From Eubacteriales bacterium (GTDB taxonomy: Bacteria > Bacillota > Clostridia > Oscillospirales > CAG-382), in assembly GCA_045544855.1 (NCBI GenBank), contig JAZPZV010000010.1:8410-72409 (forward strand): DNA of 64,000 bases. Reading direction: 5' to 3'. Of this stretch, positions 35,879-44,617 are shown one piece after another. A program made the translations under genes and the position numbers. The notes below the pieces were generated by a model. The model did not search any database and was not told the origin of the DNA. It saw nothing but the letters and a program-made list of their open reading frames with translations. Numbering within the stretch: the stretch's first letter is position 1; each line of letters begins with the position of its first letter.

Positions 35879-35920
35879 TTTAATATTCCTCCAATGTAAT
35901 GAAATTTTTTTAGAAATTGA

Positions 35921-36487
35921 TTATTCCGCCGCGGGAGCGGTATCAGCAGGCGCTTCCTCGGCGGGAGCTGCTTCTGCTGCGGGGGCTTCTTCGCCCTCGT
36001 TTGCCTTGTCGATGATGGCCTGAATTGCATAAGCGAAGCCGTACAGAGAAGACTGCAGGGAGCCCATGAGTCGTCCGATAAGGACTTCCTTGGAAGGAAT
36101 CTCTGCCAGAGCCTTAACCTCAGCAGCGGTCAGGATCTTACCATCAACAAAACCTGCCTTGATCACGAAGTTTTCGTGACCCTTAGCGTACTCGTTCAGG
36201 ATCTTTGCGGGAGCGATCTGGTCCTCAGAGAGTGCCAGGGCGGTGTTGCCCTCCAGAACGCTCTTCAGCTCGGTGTAACCCAACTCGTCGCAAGCACGGG
36301 AGCACAGTGCATTCTTAACGACTGCATACTGAACACCTGCTTTTCTCAGGTCGGCACGGAGCTTGGTATCGTCCTCAACGGTGATGCCCTTGTAGTCTAC
36401 AAGAACGCCGCTGTTTGCATTTCTCATCTGTTCTGCCAGTGCGGCAACGATCTGTTGCTTTTGCTCGATGATTTTTGCGTTTGCCAA
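35921..36487 (-). CDS. rplJ: 50S ribosomal protein L10
   Basis: ANAKIIEQKQQIVAALAEQM...VDYKGITVEDDTKLR. TTG start 6 nt after GGAGGTG; an in-frame ATG at 36502 is the alternative. Confidence 0.92.
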   Translation of the reverse strand: MANAKIIEQKQQIVAALAEQMRNANSGVLVDYKGITVEDDTKLRADLRKAGVQYAVVKNALCSRACDELGYTELKSVLEGNTALALSEDQIAPAKILNEYAKGHENFVIKAGFVDGKILTAAEVKALAEIPSKEVLIGRLMGSLQSSLYGFAYAIQAIIDKANEGEEAPAAEAAPAEEAPADTAPAAE

Positions 36488-36509
36488 AACTTTCACCTCC
36501 ATTAAGTTA

Positions 36510-36662
36510 TAAGAAAGAATGCTCCTCCGCAGAGCGAAGGAGCATAAAGACGTACGAAAATGTGTCTTGCTTCTCCTCGGCGGGCGGGAAAACACTAACG
36601 TGTCCATGCATTTACACCATAAAGGCGCCTGCTGTCTGCGGATTTGCTTGAAAACCTCAAGT
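36510..36662 (-). promoter_or_regulatory. rplJ 5' leader with attenuator hairpin (L10-leader-type autoregulatory RNA, putative)
   Basis: About 150-nt leader between the promoter and rplJ. Ends in the 8-bp stem AUGCUCCU / AGGAGCAU followed by UCUUUCUUAU. Confidence 0.5.
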
Positions 36663-36691
36663 ACTATAGCACAATCCATGCCCTTTGTCAA
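36663..36691 (-). promoter_or_regulatory. sigma-A-type promoter of rplJL
   Basis: On the minus strand: TTGACA, 17-nt spacer, TATAGT. Confidence 0.65.
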
Positions 36692-36720
36692 GAGGTTTTC
36701 CGCTTTTTTTCAAAAAATGT

Positions 36721-37416
36721 TTAGCCGGAGATCTTTGCGGTGTTGATCTTCACGCCGGGGCCCATGGTGGAGCTGACTGCGCAGGACTTGATATACTGAC
36801 CCTTTGCAGCAGCGGGACGAGCCTTGACGATTGCGCCCATGAGAGCGTCGAAGTTCTCAGCCAGCTTCTCCTTGCCGAAGCTTACCTTACCGATGGGGCA
36901 GTGGATGATGTTGGTCTTGTCCAGACGGTACTCGATCTTACCTGCCTTGGCCTCGGTAACTGCTCTTGCGATATCCATGGTTACGGTACCTGCCTTGGGG
37001 GAGGGCATCAAACCCTTGGGACCCAGGACCTTACCGAGACGACCGATCACACCCATCATGTCGGGAGTTGCGATCACCACGTCGAAATCGAACCAGTTCT
37101 CGCCGGTGATCTTCTGAACCATGTCTTCTGCACCAACGTAATCTGCGCCTGCAGCCTGTGCAGCGGCAGCCTTGTCGCCCTTAGCGAAAACCAGAGTACG
37201 AACGGTCTTACCGGTACCGTTGGGGAGGACAACTGCGCCTCTGACCTGCTGGTCAGCGTGACGGGAGTCAACACCCAGACGAACGTGAAGCTCAACGGTC
37301 TCGTCGAACTTAGCCTTGGCGATCTCGCAGATCAGACCCAGAGCCTCGTTGCTTTCGTAAAGTTTTGCCTTGTCGATAGCGGCAACGGCAGCGTTATAAT
37401 TCTTGCCTCTCTTCAT
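36721..37416 (-). CDS. rplA: 50S ribosomal protein L1
   Basis: MKRGKNY...[10 protein letters not shown]...[19 protein letters not shown]. Confidence 0.97.
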   Translation of the reverse strand: MKRGKNYNAAVAAIDKAKLYESNEALGLICEIAKAKFDETVELHVRLGVDSRHADQQVRGAVVLPNGTGKTVRTLVFAKGDKAAAAQAAGADYVGAEDMVQKITGENWFDFDVVIATPDMMGVIGRLGKVLGPKGLMPSPKAGTVTMDIARAVTEAKAGKIEYRLDKTNIIHCPIGKVSFGKEKLAENFDALMGAIVKARPAAAKGQYIKSCAVSSTMGPGVKINTAKISG

Positions 37417-37430
37417 CTTAAGAGCCCTCC

Positions 37431-37856
37431 TTAGTCTTCAACCACAACGCCCATGCTGCGTGCGGTACCTGCGATCATGCTCATTGCACTCTCGATGGTA
37501 GCTGCGTTCAGGTCGGGCATCTTGGTCTCTGCGATCTTGCGAACCTGCTCGGTGGTGATCTTACCAACCTTCTGAGACTGGGGAACACCGGAGCCGCTCT
37601 CAATGCCAGCAGCCTTCTTGATCAGAACTGCTGCGGGAGGAGTCTTGGTGATGAACGTAAAGGTACGGTCAGCGTAAACGGTGATGACAACGGGGATGAT
37701 CAGACCGATGTCGTTCTTGGTGCGCTCATTGAATTCCTTGGTGAACATAGGAATAGCCACACCGTACTGACCCAGTGCCGGACCGATAGGGGGCTGGGGA
37801 GTAGCCTTGCCGGCGGGGATCTGAAGCTTAATATAGCCTACAATTTTCTTTGCCAT
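37431..37856 (-). CDS. rplK: 50S ribosomal protein L11
   Basis: [30 protein letters not shown]. Confidence 0.97.
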   Translation of the reverse strand: MAKKIVGYIKLQIPAGKATPQPPIGPALGQYGVAIPMFTKEFNERTKNDIGLIIPVVITVYADRTFTFITKTPPAAVLIKKAAGIESGSGVPQSQKVGKITTEQVRKIAETKMPDLNAATIESAMSMIAGTARSMGVVVED

Positions 37857-37989
37857 GAGAAATACACCTCCAAATGTGGTAAAAATAGTTTTTCGGGATC
37901 AATGTCCCTCCCACCAGATCGCGGTCTTCTTCACCGAGATCCATACTGTCGCTGTGCGTGGCAACCGCACAGAAACGGGTTTTCTTGTT

Positions 37990-38532
37990 TTACTGCTCGT
38001 CCTCCAGAGAACGAACCTCCATGGAGCCAAGCTCCACCTTGGTCTCTCTGCCGAACATGGAAGCAGTGACTTTGACGGACTTCATGTCCGCCGAGATCTC
38101 ATCCACGATACCGATAAAGCCGGAAAGGGGACCTGCGCAGATACGCACACTGTCGCCCACTGCATAACGGACCTCAATGACTCTGGGTTCAACGCCCAGC
38201 TGCTCCACTTCCGCATCGGAAAGGGGAACGGGGCGGGATCCGGGGCCTACGAAGCCGGTAACGCCGGTGGTGTTGCGGATGATGTGCCACATCTCGTCGT
38301 TCATAACCATCTTGACGAAAACGTAGCTGGGGAATAATTTTCTTTCGATTTCCTTTTCGCCCTTGTCGGTCATCTCCACCACGATCTCCGTGGGGATCTT
38401 GACCGCTTGGATCAGATCGCCGATTCCTCGGTTCTCAATGATCTTTTCCAGGCTCTGCAGAACTTTGTTTTCGTACCCCGTGTAGGTATGTACCACATAC
38501 CAAAGGGGCTTGCTCTCCTGCGGTAAACTCAT
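37990..38532 (-). CDS. nusG: transcription termination/antitermination factor NusG
   Basis: WYVVHTYTGYENKV NGN domain and a C-terminal KOW (GDSVRICAGPLSGFIGIV). Confidence 0.95.
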   Translation of the reverse strand: MSLPQESKPLWYVVHTYTGYENKVLQSLEKIIENRGIGDLIQAVKIPTEIVVEMTDKGEKEIERKLFPSYVFVKMVMNDEMWHIIRNTTGVTGFVGPGSRPVPLSDAEVEQLGVEPRVIEVRYAVGDSVRICAGPLSGFIGIVDEISADMKSVKVTASMFGRETKVELGSMEVRSLEDEQ

Positions 38533-38551
38533 TTCGATCTCACCCAGCCTA

Positions 38552-39103
38552 TCAGCCGATGGAGGAAATAAGGCTCAACAGCCCGGAGAACGCAAAGTCC
38601 AAAAGACCGATGAGGATGCATGCTGCAACCAGAACCAAAAGTACGATACCCGTGCTCTTGATCAGGTCATTCTTGGGCATCCAAACGACCTTTTTCAGCT
38701 CGCTCTTGTTGTTCTTGAAGAAGTTCGCGATCTTCTGACCGATCTTGGTATCGGTGTGTGCAAGGATGACAAGCACTGCAACCAGAACTACCAGAACGGC
38801 ACCGGTGATGATCAGCTGCCAGGTCAGGGTCGTGAGACCGCCGGCAGAAGCAGAACCGTGATTGTGACCTGCGTGAGGATCGGAAGTAGTCCCGGAAGTC
38901 TCGCCGGAATGGTCGTGGTCATGCTCATCATCTGCGGAAGCCTCGGTAGACGTTTCGGTGGAAGCCTCTGCGGAAGCCTCGGTGGAAACCTCTGCGGAAG
39001 CCTCGGTGGAAGCTTCATCTGCGAACACTGCAAAAACGGACAGGGAACAAACCAAAACGAACGCCAACAGGATGGGAAGAAGTTTCAAAAGTCTGTTAGA
39101 CAT
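38552..39103 (-). CDS. secE: preprotein translocase subunit SecE with ~120-aa N-terminal extension
   Basis: The C-terminal 60 aa (FFKNNKSELKKVVWMPKNDLIKSTGIVLLVLV...) is canonical SecE. The N-terminal part adds two TM helices and a STEASAE-repeat / DEHDHDH..HAGHNHG loop. AAGGGGG RBS lies 11 nt after the rpmG stop. Confidence 0.8.
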   Translation of the reverse strand: MSNRLLKLLPILLAFVLVCSLSVFAVFADEASTEASAEVSTEASAEASTETSTEASADDEHDHDHSGETSGTTSDPHAGHNHGSASAGGLTTLTWQLIITGAVLVVLVAVLVILAHTDTKIGQKIANFFKNNKSELKKVVWMPKNDLIKSTGIVLLVLVAACILIGLLDFAFSGLLSLISSIG

Positions 39104-39114
39104 GAGCTGCCCCC

Positions 39115-39264
39115 TTACTTGCTCTCTTTGTGAAGAGTGTGCTTGCGGCAGAATCTGCAGTACTTTTTCATTTCGAGTCTGTCAGGATCGTTCTTCTTGT
39201 TCTTGACCGTGTCGTAGTTTCTTTGTTTGCATTCAGTGCAAACCAGAGTGATCTTAACTCTCAT
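39115..39264 (-). CDS. rpmG: 50S ribosomal protein L33 (49 aa, below the ORF-track cutoff)
   Basis: Hand translation gives [59 protein letters not shown]. Conserved rpmG-secE-nusG order. Confidence 0.9.
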   Translation of the reverse strand: MRVKITLVCTECKQRNYDTVKNKKNDPDRLEMKKYCRFCRKHTLHKESK

Positions 39265-39395
39265 GTTATCGGCACCTCCAAATAAAATGTTACCTCCCTC
39301 TGCTTGCTTGGGGACTCTTTGGTGAGGGTGGAAAGCGGAAATCGAAAAGGCTTCTCACGCCACAACAAAAAGACCTCTCGCGCAGAGGTAGGGTC

Positions 39396-39424
39396 AGTAT
39401 AACACCTTTCTGCGGAAAAGTCAA
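39396..39424 (-). promoter_or_regulatory. sigma-A-type promoter of rpmG-secE-nusG
   Basis: On the minus strand: TTGACT, 17-nt spacer, TATACT. Confidence 0.6.
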
Positions 39425-39444
39425 TAGGTTTTGGCAAGAAAACC

Positions 39445-39484
39445 AAAAAAAAATGGGGCGCGACCCGGTTGCGGCGTGCCCCAT
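39445..39484 (-). terminator. intrinsic terminator of the fhs-tsaE-tsaB-rpiB operon
   Basis: On the minus strand: 10-bp stem ATGGGGCACG / CGCGCCCCAT followed by TTTTTTTTT. Confidence 0.8.
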
Positions 39485-39501
39485 CTTGAAGTAATTGCAC
39501 A

Positions 39502-39585
39502 GTGATATACGCCTACGGCGCGTGATATGCACCTGCGGTGCGTGATATACGTGCTTCGCACGTGTTGAGCGCTTGGTGCGCTCAC
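39502..39585 (-). repeat. array of four mini-hairpins joined by the constant linker ATATCAC (GTGATAT on plus), exact 20-nt period
   Basis: GTGATAT at 39502, 39522 and 39542. Hairpins GCACC-tgc-GGTGC, ACGTGC-ttc-GCACGT and GAGCGC-ttggt-GCGCTC. Lies in the 3' UTR of rpiB. Confidence 0.85.
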
Positions 39586-40007
39586 TCCATCATGGCGATG
39601 CGCTTGTCGTGTCTGCCGCCCTCGTAGGGAGTATTCAGGAAGATGTTTGCCAGCTCCACCGCCTTTGCGCTGTCGATGACTCTGCCGCCCAGGCACAGCA
39701 CGTTGGCGTTGTTGTGGCGGCGGGTCATTTCTGCGGAGAAGGCGTCGGAAAGCACCGCGGCGCGGATGCCTTTCTGCTTGTTTGCGGTCATGGACATACC
39801 GATGCCGGTGCCGCAGCAGAGAATGCCCAGCACGCACTCACCGCTTTGCACGGCGGCGCAAACCTTCTTGGCGTAAACGGGATAATCAACGGAATCGGTG
39901 GTGGTGGTACCGAAGTCGATACACTCCACCCCCTTGTTCTTCAGATCTTCGATGATGGCGTTCTTGATCTCCAAGCCGCCGTGGTCACAGCCCAATGCGA
40001 TTTTCAT
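39582..40007 (-). CDS. rpiB: ribose-5-phosphate isomerase B
   Basis: MKIALGCDHGG...CGTGIGMSMTANK...GGRHDKR. Its start overlaps the tsaB stop (ATGA). Confidence 0.93.
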   Translation of the reverse strand: MKIALGCDHGGLEIKNAIIEDLKNKGVECIDFGTTTTDSVDYPVYAKKVCAAVQSGECVLGILCCGTGIGMSMTANKQKGIRAAVLSDAFSAEMTRRHNNANVLCLGGRVIDSAKAVELANIFLNTPYEGGRHDKRIAMME

Positions 40008-40693
40008 ACAGTTTTTAACCTTTCTAAACGTTCTCTTTCTGCCTGGGGTACGCGGAGGTAAACAGGACGCAGCTCCTTGCCGGAAACCGCCTTCCCTTCC
40101 ATATACATACGGTAGCCGCACAGGGCTACGGACAGGGCGTTTTGCTCACGGATCACGGGGTTGGCAACGGCGTAGCCTCCGTGGCAGTGGGAAGCGAACA
40201 CCAAGGCACCGTCTCCGCAAAGGGTGACGTTCTTTCCTGCCAGCTGTTCTGCGATCTCTTCCGCACTCCCGCAGGAATCGGGGATGAGGCGGACGCCGTT
40301 TTCAAAGATGGCATAGTAGAATTGGTTCCGGCGTGCGTCCATCAAGGCGCACACCGTACCGGGAACACCCTCTAAGTTTTGCGCCAAGGAATCCAGGGTG
40401 GAGACCGGAGCGCAGGGAAGGCTCTTGGGGAAGGCCAGCCCTTTCACGGTGGCAACGCCGATGCGCACCCCTGTGAAGGAGCCGGGGCCTGCGTTCACTG
40501 CGAGAAGCTCCAGATCGGAGACCTGTGCCCCGTAGACCTGCAAAGCGTGGTCGATCATGGGCATCAGGTTCTCGCTGTGGGTCATTTTGTTTTTTACGGT
40601 GAACAGGCTGTGGGAGATCAGCTCTCCCTCCCTCACCTCCGCAATGGCTACGGAGGCGGTCACCGCGGTGGAATCTACGCCTAAGATCAGCAT
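40004..40693 (-). CDS. tsaB: tRNA t6A37 biosynthesis protein TsaB
   Basis: MLILGVDSTA...VNAGPGSFTGVRIGV (YeaZ family). Confidence 0.9.
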   Translation of the reverse strand: MLILGVDSTAVTASVAIAEVREGELISHSLFTVKNKMTHSENLMPMIDHALQVYGAQVSDLELLAVNAGPGSFTGVRIGVATVKGLAFPKSLPCAPVSTLDSLAQNLEGVPGTVCALMDARRNQFYYAIFENGVRLIPDSCGSAEEIAEQLAGKNVTLCGDGALVFASHCHGGYAVANPVIREQNALSVALCGYRMYMEGKAVSGKELRPVYLRVPQAERERLERLKTV

Positions 40694-41106
40694 AACGTAA
40701 ACTTCCTTTCCGTTTCTCCTGCCTTTTCAATGCGTAAGCGGTGGGCATCGGCGGGAATTGCTCCGTCGATCAGCTCGCTCCACTCCGTTACCACGATGCC
40801 ATCGCCCCCCAGACGGTCAAAGTAGCCCGTGGAGTACAGGTCGTCCTCGTCCGCAATGCGGTAAAGGTCGTAGTGGTACACCGTGATCTCGTTGCCCTCG
40901 TACTCGTTGACGATGGCGAAGGTGGGAGAATGCACCAAAGGCAGGCACTCCGGGCAGAGGGCTTTTACCAGCCCCCGCACGAAGGCGGTTTTACCCGCAC
41001 CCATTTCGCCGTACAGGGCAAGAACGTCCCCCTTCTTCAAAAGGGAAGCGATCTCCGCCGCAACGGCGTCGGTGTCGGATAGATTTTTGGAATAAAATTC
41101 TTTCAT
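40687..41106 (-). CDS. tsaE: tRNA t6A37 biosynthesis ATPase TsaE
   Basis: LYGEMGAGKTAFVRG P-loop and SPTFAIVNEY motif. Confidence 0.9.
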   Translation of the reverse strand: MKEFYSKNLSDTDAVAAEIASLLKKGDVLALYGEMGAGKTAFVRGLVKALCPECLPLVHSPTFAIVNEYEGNEITVYHYDLYRIADEDDLYSTGYFDRLGGDGIVVTEWSELIDGAIPADAHRLRIEKAGETERKFTLC

Positions 41107-42771
41107 TTAGAAGAGTCCTACGATCTTGCCCTCCACCAGGTCGATCTTCTCGGCGGCGGGGTGCAGGGGGAGACCGGGCATGGTCATCACTTCACCGGTG
41201 AGCACCACCACGAAGCCTGCGCCTGCGGAAACACGGACCTCACGGACGGTGAGGCGGTAGCCGGAGGGTGCGCCCAGCTTCTTGGGATCGTCGGAGAGGG
41301 AGTACTGAGTTTTTGCCACGCAGATGGGAAGGTTGCCGTAGCCCAGCGCTTCAATGTCGGCAATGGCCTTCTTGGCGGCGGGGAGAATGTCAACACCTTC
41401 TGCGTGGTAGATCTTGGTAGCCACGGCTTCGATCTTTTCGGTGATGGAAGCTTCGGCGGGATAGGTGAACTTAAAGTCGGTGGGCTGTTCGCAGAGACGA
41501 ACGACCTCCTCTGCCAGAGCAAGGCTGCCTGCGCCGCCTTCCGCAAAGGCCTTGGAAACGATGGCCTTCACGCCCTTTTCGGCACAGTAAGAGCGGATCA
41601 GCTCCAGCTCTGCCTCGGTGTCTGCGTAGAAGTGGTTGATCACCACCACCAACGGGATGCCGAAGCCCTTCAGGTTGTCGATATGAGCCCCCAGGTTAGC
41701 AATACCTGCCTTCAGAGCCTCAAGATTTTCCTTGCCGGTCTCTGCCTTGGGCACGCCGCCGTTGTACTTCAGCGCACGGGCGGTGGCAACCAGCACGATG
41801 GCGTTGGGATGGAAGCCTGCGGCACGGCACTTGATGTCCAAGAACTTTTCTGCACCCAGGTCGGCGCCGAAGCCCGCCTCGGTGACGGTGTAGTCTGCGA
41901 TCTTCAATGCGGTGCGGGTGGCGATGATGGAGTTACACCCATGGGCGATGTTGGCGAAGGGGCCGCCGTGTACCAGAGTGGGGGTGTTTTCCAGGGTCTG
42001 CACCAGGTTGGGCTTGATGGCGTCCTTCAAAAGAACGGTCATAGCACCTGCGGCGTTCAGCTGGCGGCAATATACGGGGTTGCCGTCGTAGTCGTAGGCC
42101 ACCAGCATATTGCCCAGTCTCTCCTTCAGATCCTCGGGAGAGGTAGCAAGGCACAGAATGGCCATGATCTCGGTGGCAACGGTGATCATAAACTTGTCCT
42201 GACGGGTAACGCCGTTTTTCTTTTCGCCCAAGCCAACGGTGATCTCGCGAAGCACACGGTCGTTGATGTCCACACATCTTGCGTGGATGATCCGCTTGGG
42301 GTCGATGCGGAGGGCGTTGCCCTGCTGGAGGTGGTTATCCAGCATAGCGGCCAGCAGGTTGTTTGCCGCGGTGATGGCGTGGAAGTCACCGGTGAAGTGG
42401 AGGTTGATGTCCTCCATGGGGACTACCTGGGCGTAACCGCCGCCTGCGGCACCGCCCTTGATGCCGAACACGGGGCCCAGAGAGGGCTCACGGAGGGCGA
42501 TCATAACGTTTTTGCCCATGCGGTGGAGCGCGTCGCCCAGACCGATGGTCATGGTGGTCTTACCCTCGCCTGCAGGGGTGGGGGAGATGGCGGTGACAAG
42601 GATCAGCTTGCCGTTTTCCTTGTCCGCAAAGCGGGCTTCCGCCTCGGGAAGCAGCTTGGCCTTGTATTTGCCGTAGGGGTCGATATCGTCTTCGCAAATG
42701 CCGAGGCTCTTCGCCACGGCGGTGATGGGAAGCATTTTCGCTTCTTGGGCAATTTCTACGTCCGGTTTCAT
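41107..42771 (-). CDS. fhs: formate--tetrahydrofolate ligase
   Basis: [14 protein letters not shown]...TPAGEGKTT...family-typical throughout. Start at 42771 (GAAGGAG RBS); the ATG at 42792 abuts the riboswitch terminator T-tract. Confidence 0.96.
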   Translation of the reverse strand: MKPDVEIAQEAKMLPITAVAKSLGICEDDIDPYGKYKAKLLPEAEARFADKENGKLILVTAISPTPAGEGKTTMTIGLGDALHRMGKNVMIALREPSLGPVFGIKGGAAGGGYAQVVPMEDINLHFTGDFHAITAANNLLAAMLDNHLQQGNALRIDPKRIIHARCVDINDRVLREITVGLGEKKNGVTRQDKFMITVATEIMAILCLATSPEDLKERLGNMLVAYDYDGNPVYCRQLNAAGAMTVLLKDAIKPNLVQTLENTPTLVHGGPFANIAHGCNSIIATRTALKIADYTVTEAGFGADLGAEKFLDIKCRAAGFHPNAIVLVATARALKYNGGVPKAETGKENLEALKAGIANLGAHIDNLKGFGIPLVVVINHFYADTEAELELIRSYCAEKGVKAIVSKAFAEGGAGSLALAEEVVRLCEQPTDFKFTYPAEASITEKIEAVATKIYHAEGVDILPAAKKAIADIEALGYGNLPICVAKTQYSLSDDPKKLGAPSGYRLTVREVRVSAGAGFVVVLTGEVMTMPGLPLHPAAEKIDLVEGKIVGLF

Positions 42772-42794
42772 TGGATACGCTCCTTCGTTCATAA

Positions 42795-42908
42795 AAAATA
42801 AAAGGACAATCCCTTGTGTTCAAAAGGATTGCCCAGACGGTCGGCTTGCAATAACGCGGTTTCGGCACACTGTGTTGATTCACATATCCGTCAGCACCGA
42901 TCCTACGT
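42795..42908 (-). promoter_or_regulatory. ZTP riboswitch (pfl motif) with terminator expression platform
   Basis: The RNA reads UCGGUG-CUGACGG-AUA-UGUG-AAUCAA-CACA-GUG-UGCCGA..linker..GCCGACCGUCUGGGCA. This gives P1 and P2, a GACGG/CCGUC pseudoknot and the conserved CCGUCUGGGC 3' element. The 3' end overlaps a hairpin followed by UUUUAUUUUUU. Confidence 0.8.
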
Positions 42909-42910
42909 GT

Positions 42911-42940
42911 ATCATATCACATTCCGTATGTTTTTGTCAA
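42911..42940 (-). promoter_or_regulatory. sigma-A-type promoter of the riboswitch-fhs operon
   Basis: On the minus strand: TTGACA, 18-nt spacer, TATGAT. Confidence 0.55.
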
Positions 42941-42948
42941 GGGATACG

Positions 42949-43025
42949 CTTAAGAAACTTTCTTTGAAAAGAAAGTTTCTTAAGAATCTTCAAAGAAACT
43001 CGAAGCCGAAAACTGTCGTTTTCGG
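42949..43025. repeat. composite two-hairpin element, copy 2
   Basis: 17-bp palindrome CTTAAGAAACTTTCTTT / AAAGAAAGTTTCTTAAG, then GCCGAAAACTGTCGTTTTCGG 49 nt later. Matches 34544-34621. Confidence 0.85.
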
Positions 43026-43061
43026 AAAGGAAAAAGATGGTTTTTTCTTGTTTCATGATTT

Positions 43062-43378
43062 GCGGGACGCCGAAGGGCGTCGTCCCCTACGAACCCGCGC
43101 CGGGGAATGGCGAACAAAACGTGTACGCAACTGCCCATGACCGTAGGGTGCGGCTTTAGGTTGTCGCCGCAACGTATCGAACGTTCCGTCTCTGCGGGTC
43201 GCCGAAGGGCGTCGACCCCTACGAACCCGAAAAGAGAAAAGATGAAAAATACAGCGTTCTCTCCCGCAGATAGAACGGTTCGAAATCCGGTTTGCACTTT
43301 CCTCGTTGCGTGAAATCGAAGTAAGTCTTTAATCCATGCATCATGCGTTTTCGTAGGGGTCGACGTCCACGGCGACCC
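43062..43378. repeat. cluster of GTAG-headed REP palindromes (BIME-like)
   Basis: GTAGGGG[A/T]CGACGCCCTTCGGCG[T/A]CCCGC on the minus strand at 43062-43090 and 43194-43222. GTAGGGGTCGACGTCCACGGCGACCC on the plus strand at 43353-43378. A weaker GTAGGGTGCGGC...GCCGCA copy at 43143-43171. Confidence 0.8.
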
Positions 43379-43515
43379 TTTGGAGCAATTGCCGTTTTCG
43401 ATAGAAACCGGACACAGATTCCATTTTTTCTTCTTTCAAAGGAAAAGTTTTTGGGGAGAGAGTTTGAGAGAGGGGCTTTTTTCAAAAAGCCCCTCTCTCA
43501 TAAAACCGTATTCTA

Positions 43516-44595
43516 TTATCCCAAATATCCCTGCTTATACAGCAGCTCTGCGCCCAGAACGGCGCCGCCTGCGGCACCGCGGAGGGTGTTGTGGGAGAGG
43601 CAGACGAACTTGTAGTCGAAGATGGTATCCTCTCTCAGTCTGCCGATGGAGATGCCCATGCCGCCGTAGAGATCTCTGTCCAAACGGGTCTGAGGGCGGT
43701 TGTCCTCTTCAAAATAGGTCAAGAACTTCTCGGGTGCGTGGGGAAGGGAGAGGCGCTGTGCTTCGCCCTCAAAGGCCGCCCAATCCGCCTTGATCTGCTG
43801 GATGGAGGGCTTGTTCTCAAAGCTGACGGAAACCGCCGCCAAATGTCCGTCGGAGGCGGGCACGCGGATGCACTGTGCGGAGATCACGGGGGTGGTGGCG
43901 TTGACGATGACACCGTTTTCCACAATACCCCAAACCTTCAAAGGTTCCTTCTCGCTCTTTTCTTCCTCGCCGCCGATGTAGGGGATCACGTTGTCCACCA
44001 TTTCGGGCCAGGTGTCGAAATTCTTGCCTGCGCCGGAGATGGCCTGGAAGGTGGTGACGTTCACGGCCTTGATGCCGTACTTACGCAGAGGCTCAAGAGC
44101 GGGAACGTAGCTCTGAATGGAGCAGTTGGGCTTTACGGAAATGAAGCCCTTCTTGGTGCCCAAACGCTCTCTCTGCGCCTTGATCACCTCGGTATGAGCG
44201 TAGTTGATCTCGGGGATGAGCATGGGAACGTCGGGCGTGCCGCGGTGTGCGGAGTTGTTGGAGACCACGGGGATCTCCGCCTTGGCGTAGGCCTCTTCCA
44301 GTGCGGCAACGTATTTTTTGTCCATGTTGATGGCACAGAAAACGAAATCCACGTGGGGCTTGACGCTTTCGATGTCTTCGGCGTTGAGAACCACCATGTC
44401 GGCAATTCCTGCGGGAATGGGAGTGGACATCATCCATCTGCCCTTCACCGCCTCGCCGTAGGTCTTGCCTGCGGAGGAGGGGCTTGCCACCAATGCGGTG
44501 ATCTCAAAATAGGGATGATCGGCGATCAGCGTGATAAAGCGCTGACCAACCATACCGGTAGCGCCGACGATACCGGCTCTCAGTTTGTTTGCCAT
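43516..44595 (-). CDS. asd: aspartate-semialdehyde dehydrogenase
   Basis: GIVGATGMVGQRF Rossmann start, active-site PNCSIQ, and RVPASDGH. Confidence 0.95.
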   Translation of the reverse strand: MANKLRAGIVGATGMVGQRFITLIADHPYFEITALVASPSSAGKTYGEAVKGRWMMSTPIPAGIADMVVLNAEDIESVKPHVDFVFCAINMDKKYVAALEEAYAKAEIPVVSNNSAHRGTPDVPMLIPEINYAHTEVIKAQRERLGTKKGFISVKPNCSIQSYVPALEPLRKYGIKAVNVTTFQAISGAGKNFDTWPEMVDNVIPYIGGEEEKSEKEPLKVWGIVENGVIVNATTPVISAQCIRVPASDGHLAAVSVSFENKPSIQQIKADWAAFEGEAQRLSLPHAPEKFLTYFEEDNRPQTRLDRDLYGGMGISIGRLREDTIFDYKFVCLSHNTLRGAAGGAVLGAELLYKQGYLG

Positions 44596-44617
44596 GGTAA
44601 ATGCTTCCTTTCGGGGG

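Noticed and set aside
38552-39103. SecE N-terminal extension considered as a separate upstream gene or a mis-called start
   Set aside because: There is a single uninterrupted frame. No in-frame ATG exists before the SecE core, and the internal GTG has no RBS. A good RBS sits at the 39103 start directly after rpmG. The extension is kept as real and flagged for experimental confirmation.
39502-39585. Hairpin/linker arrays (also 15786-15940 and 19759-19931) considered as degenerate CRISPR arrays
   Set aside because: The constant part is only 7-8 nt and the period only 20-29 nt. The variable parts are palindromes rather than spacers. No leader or cas genes were seen. They are reported as a separate repeat class instead.
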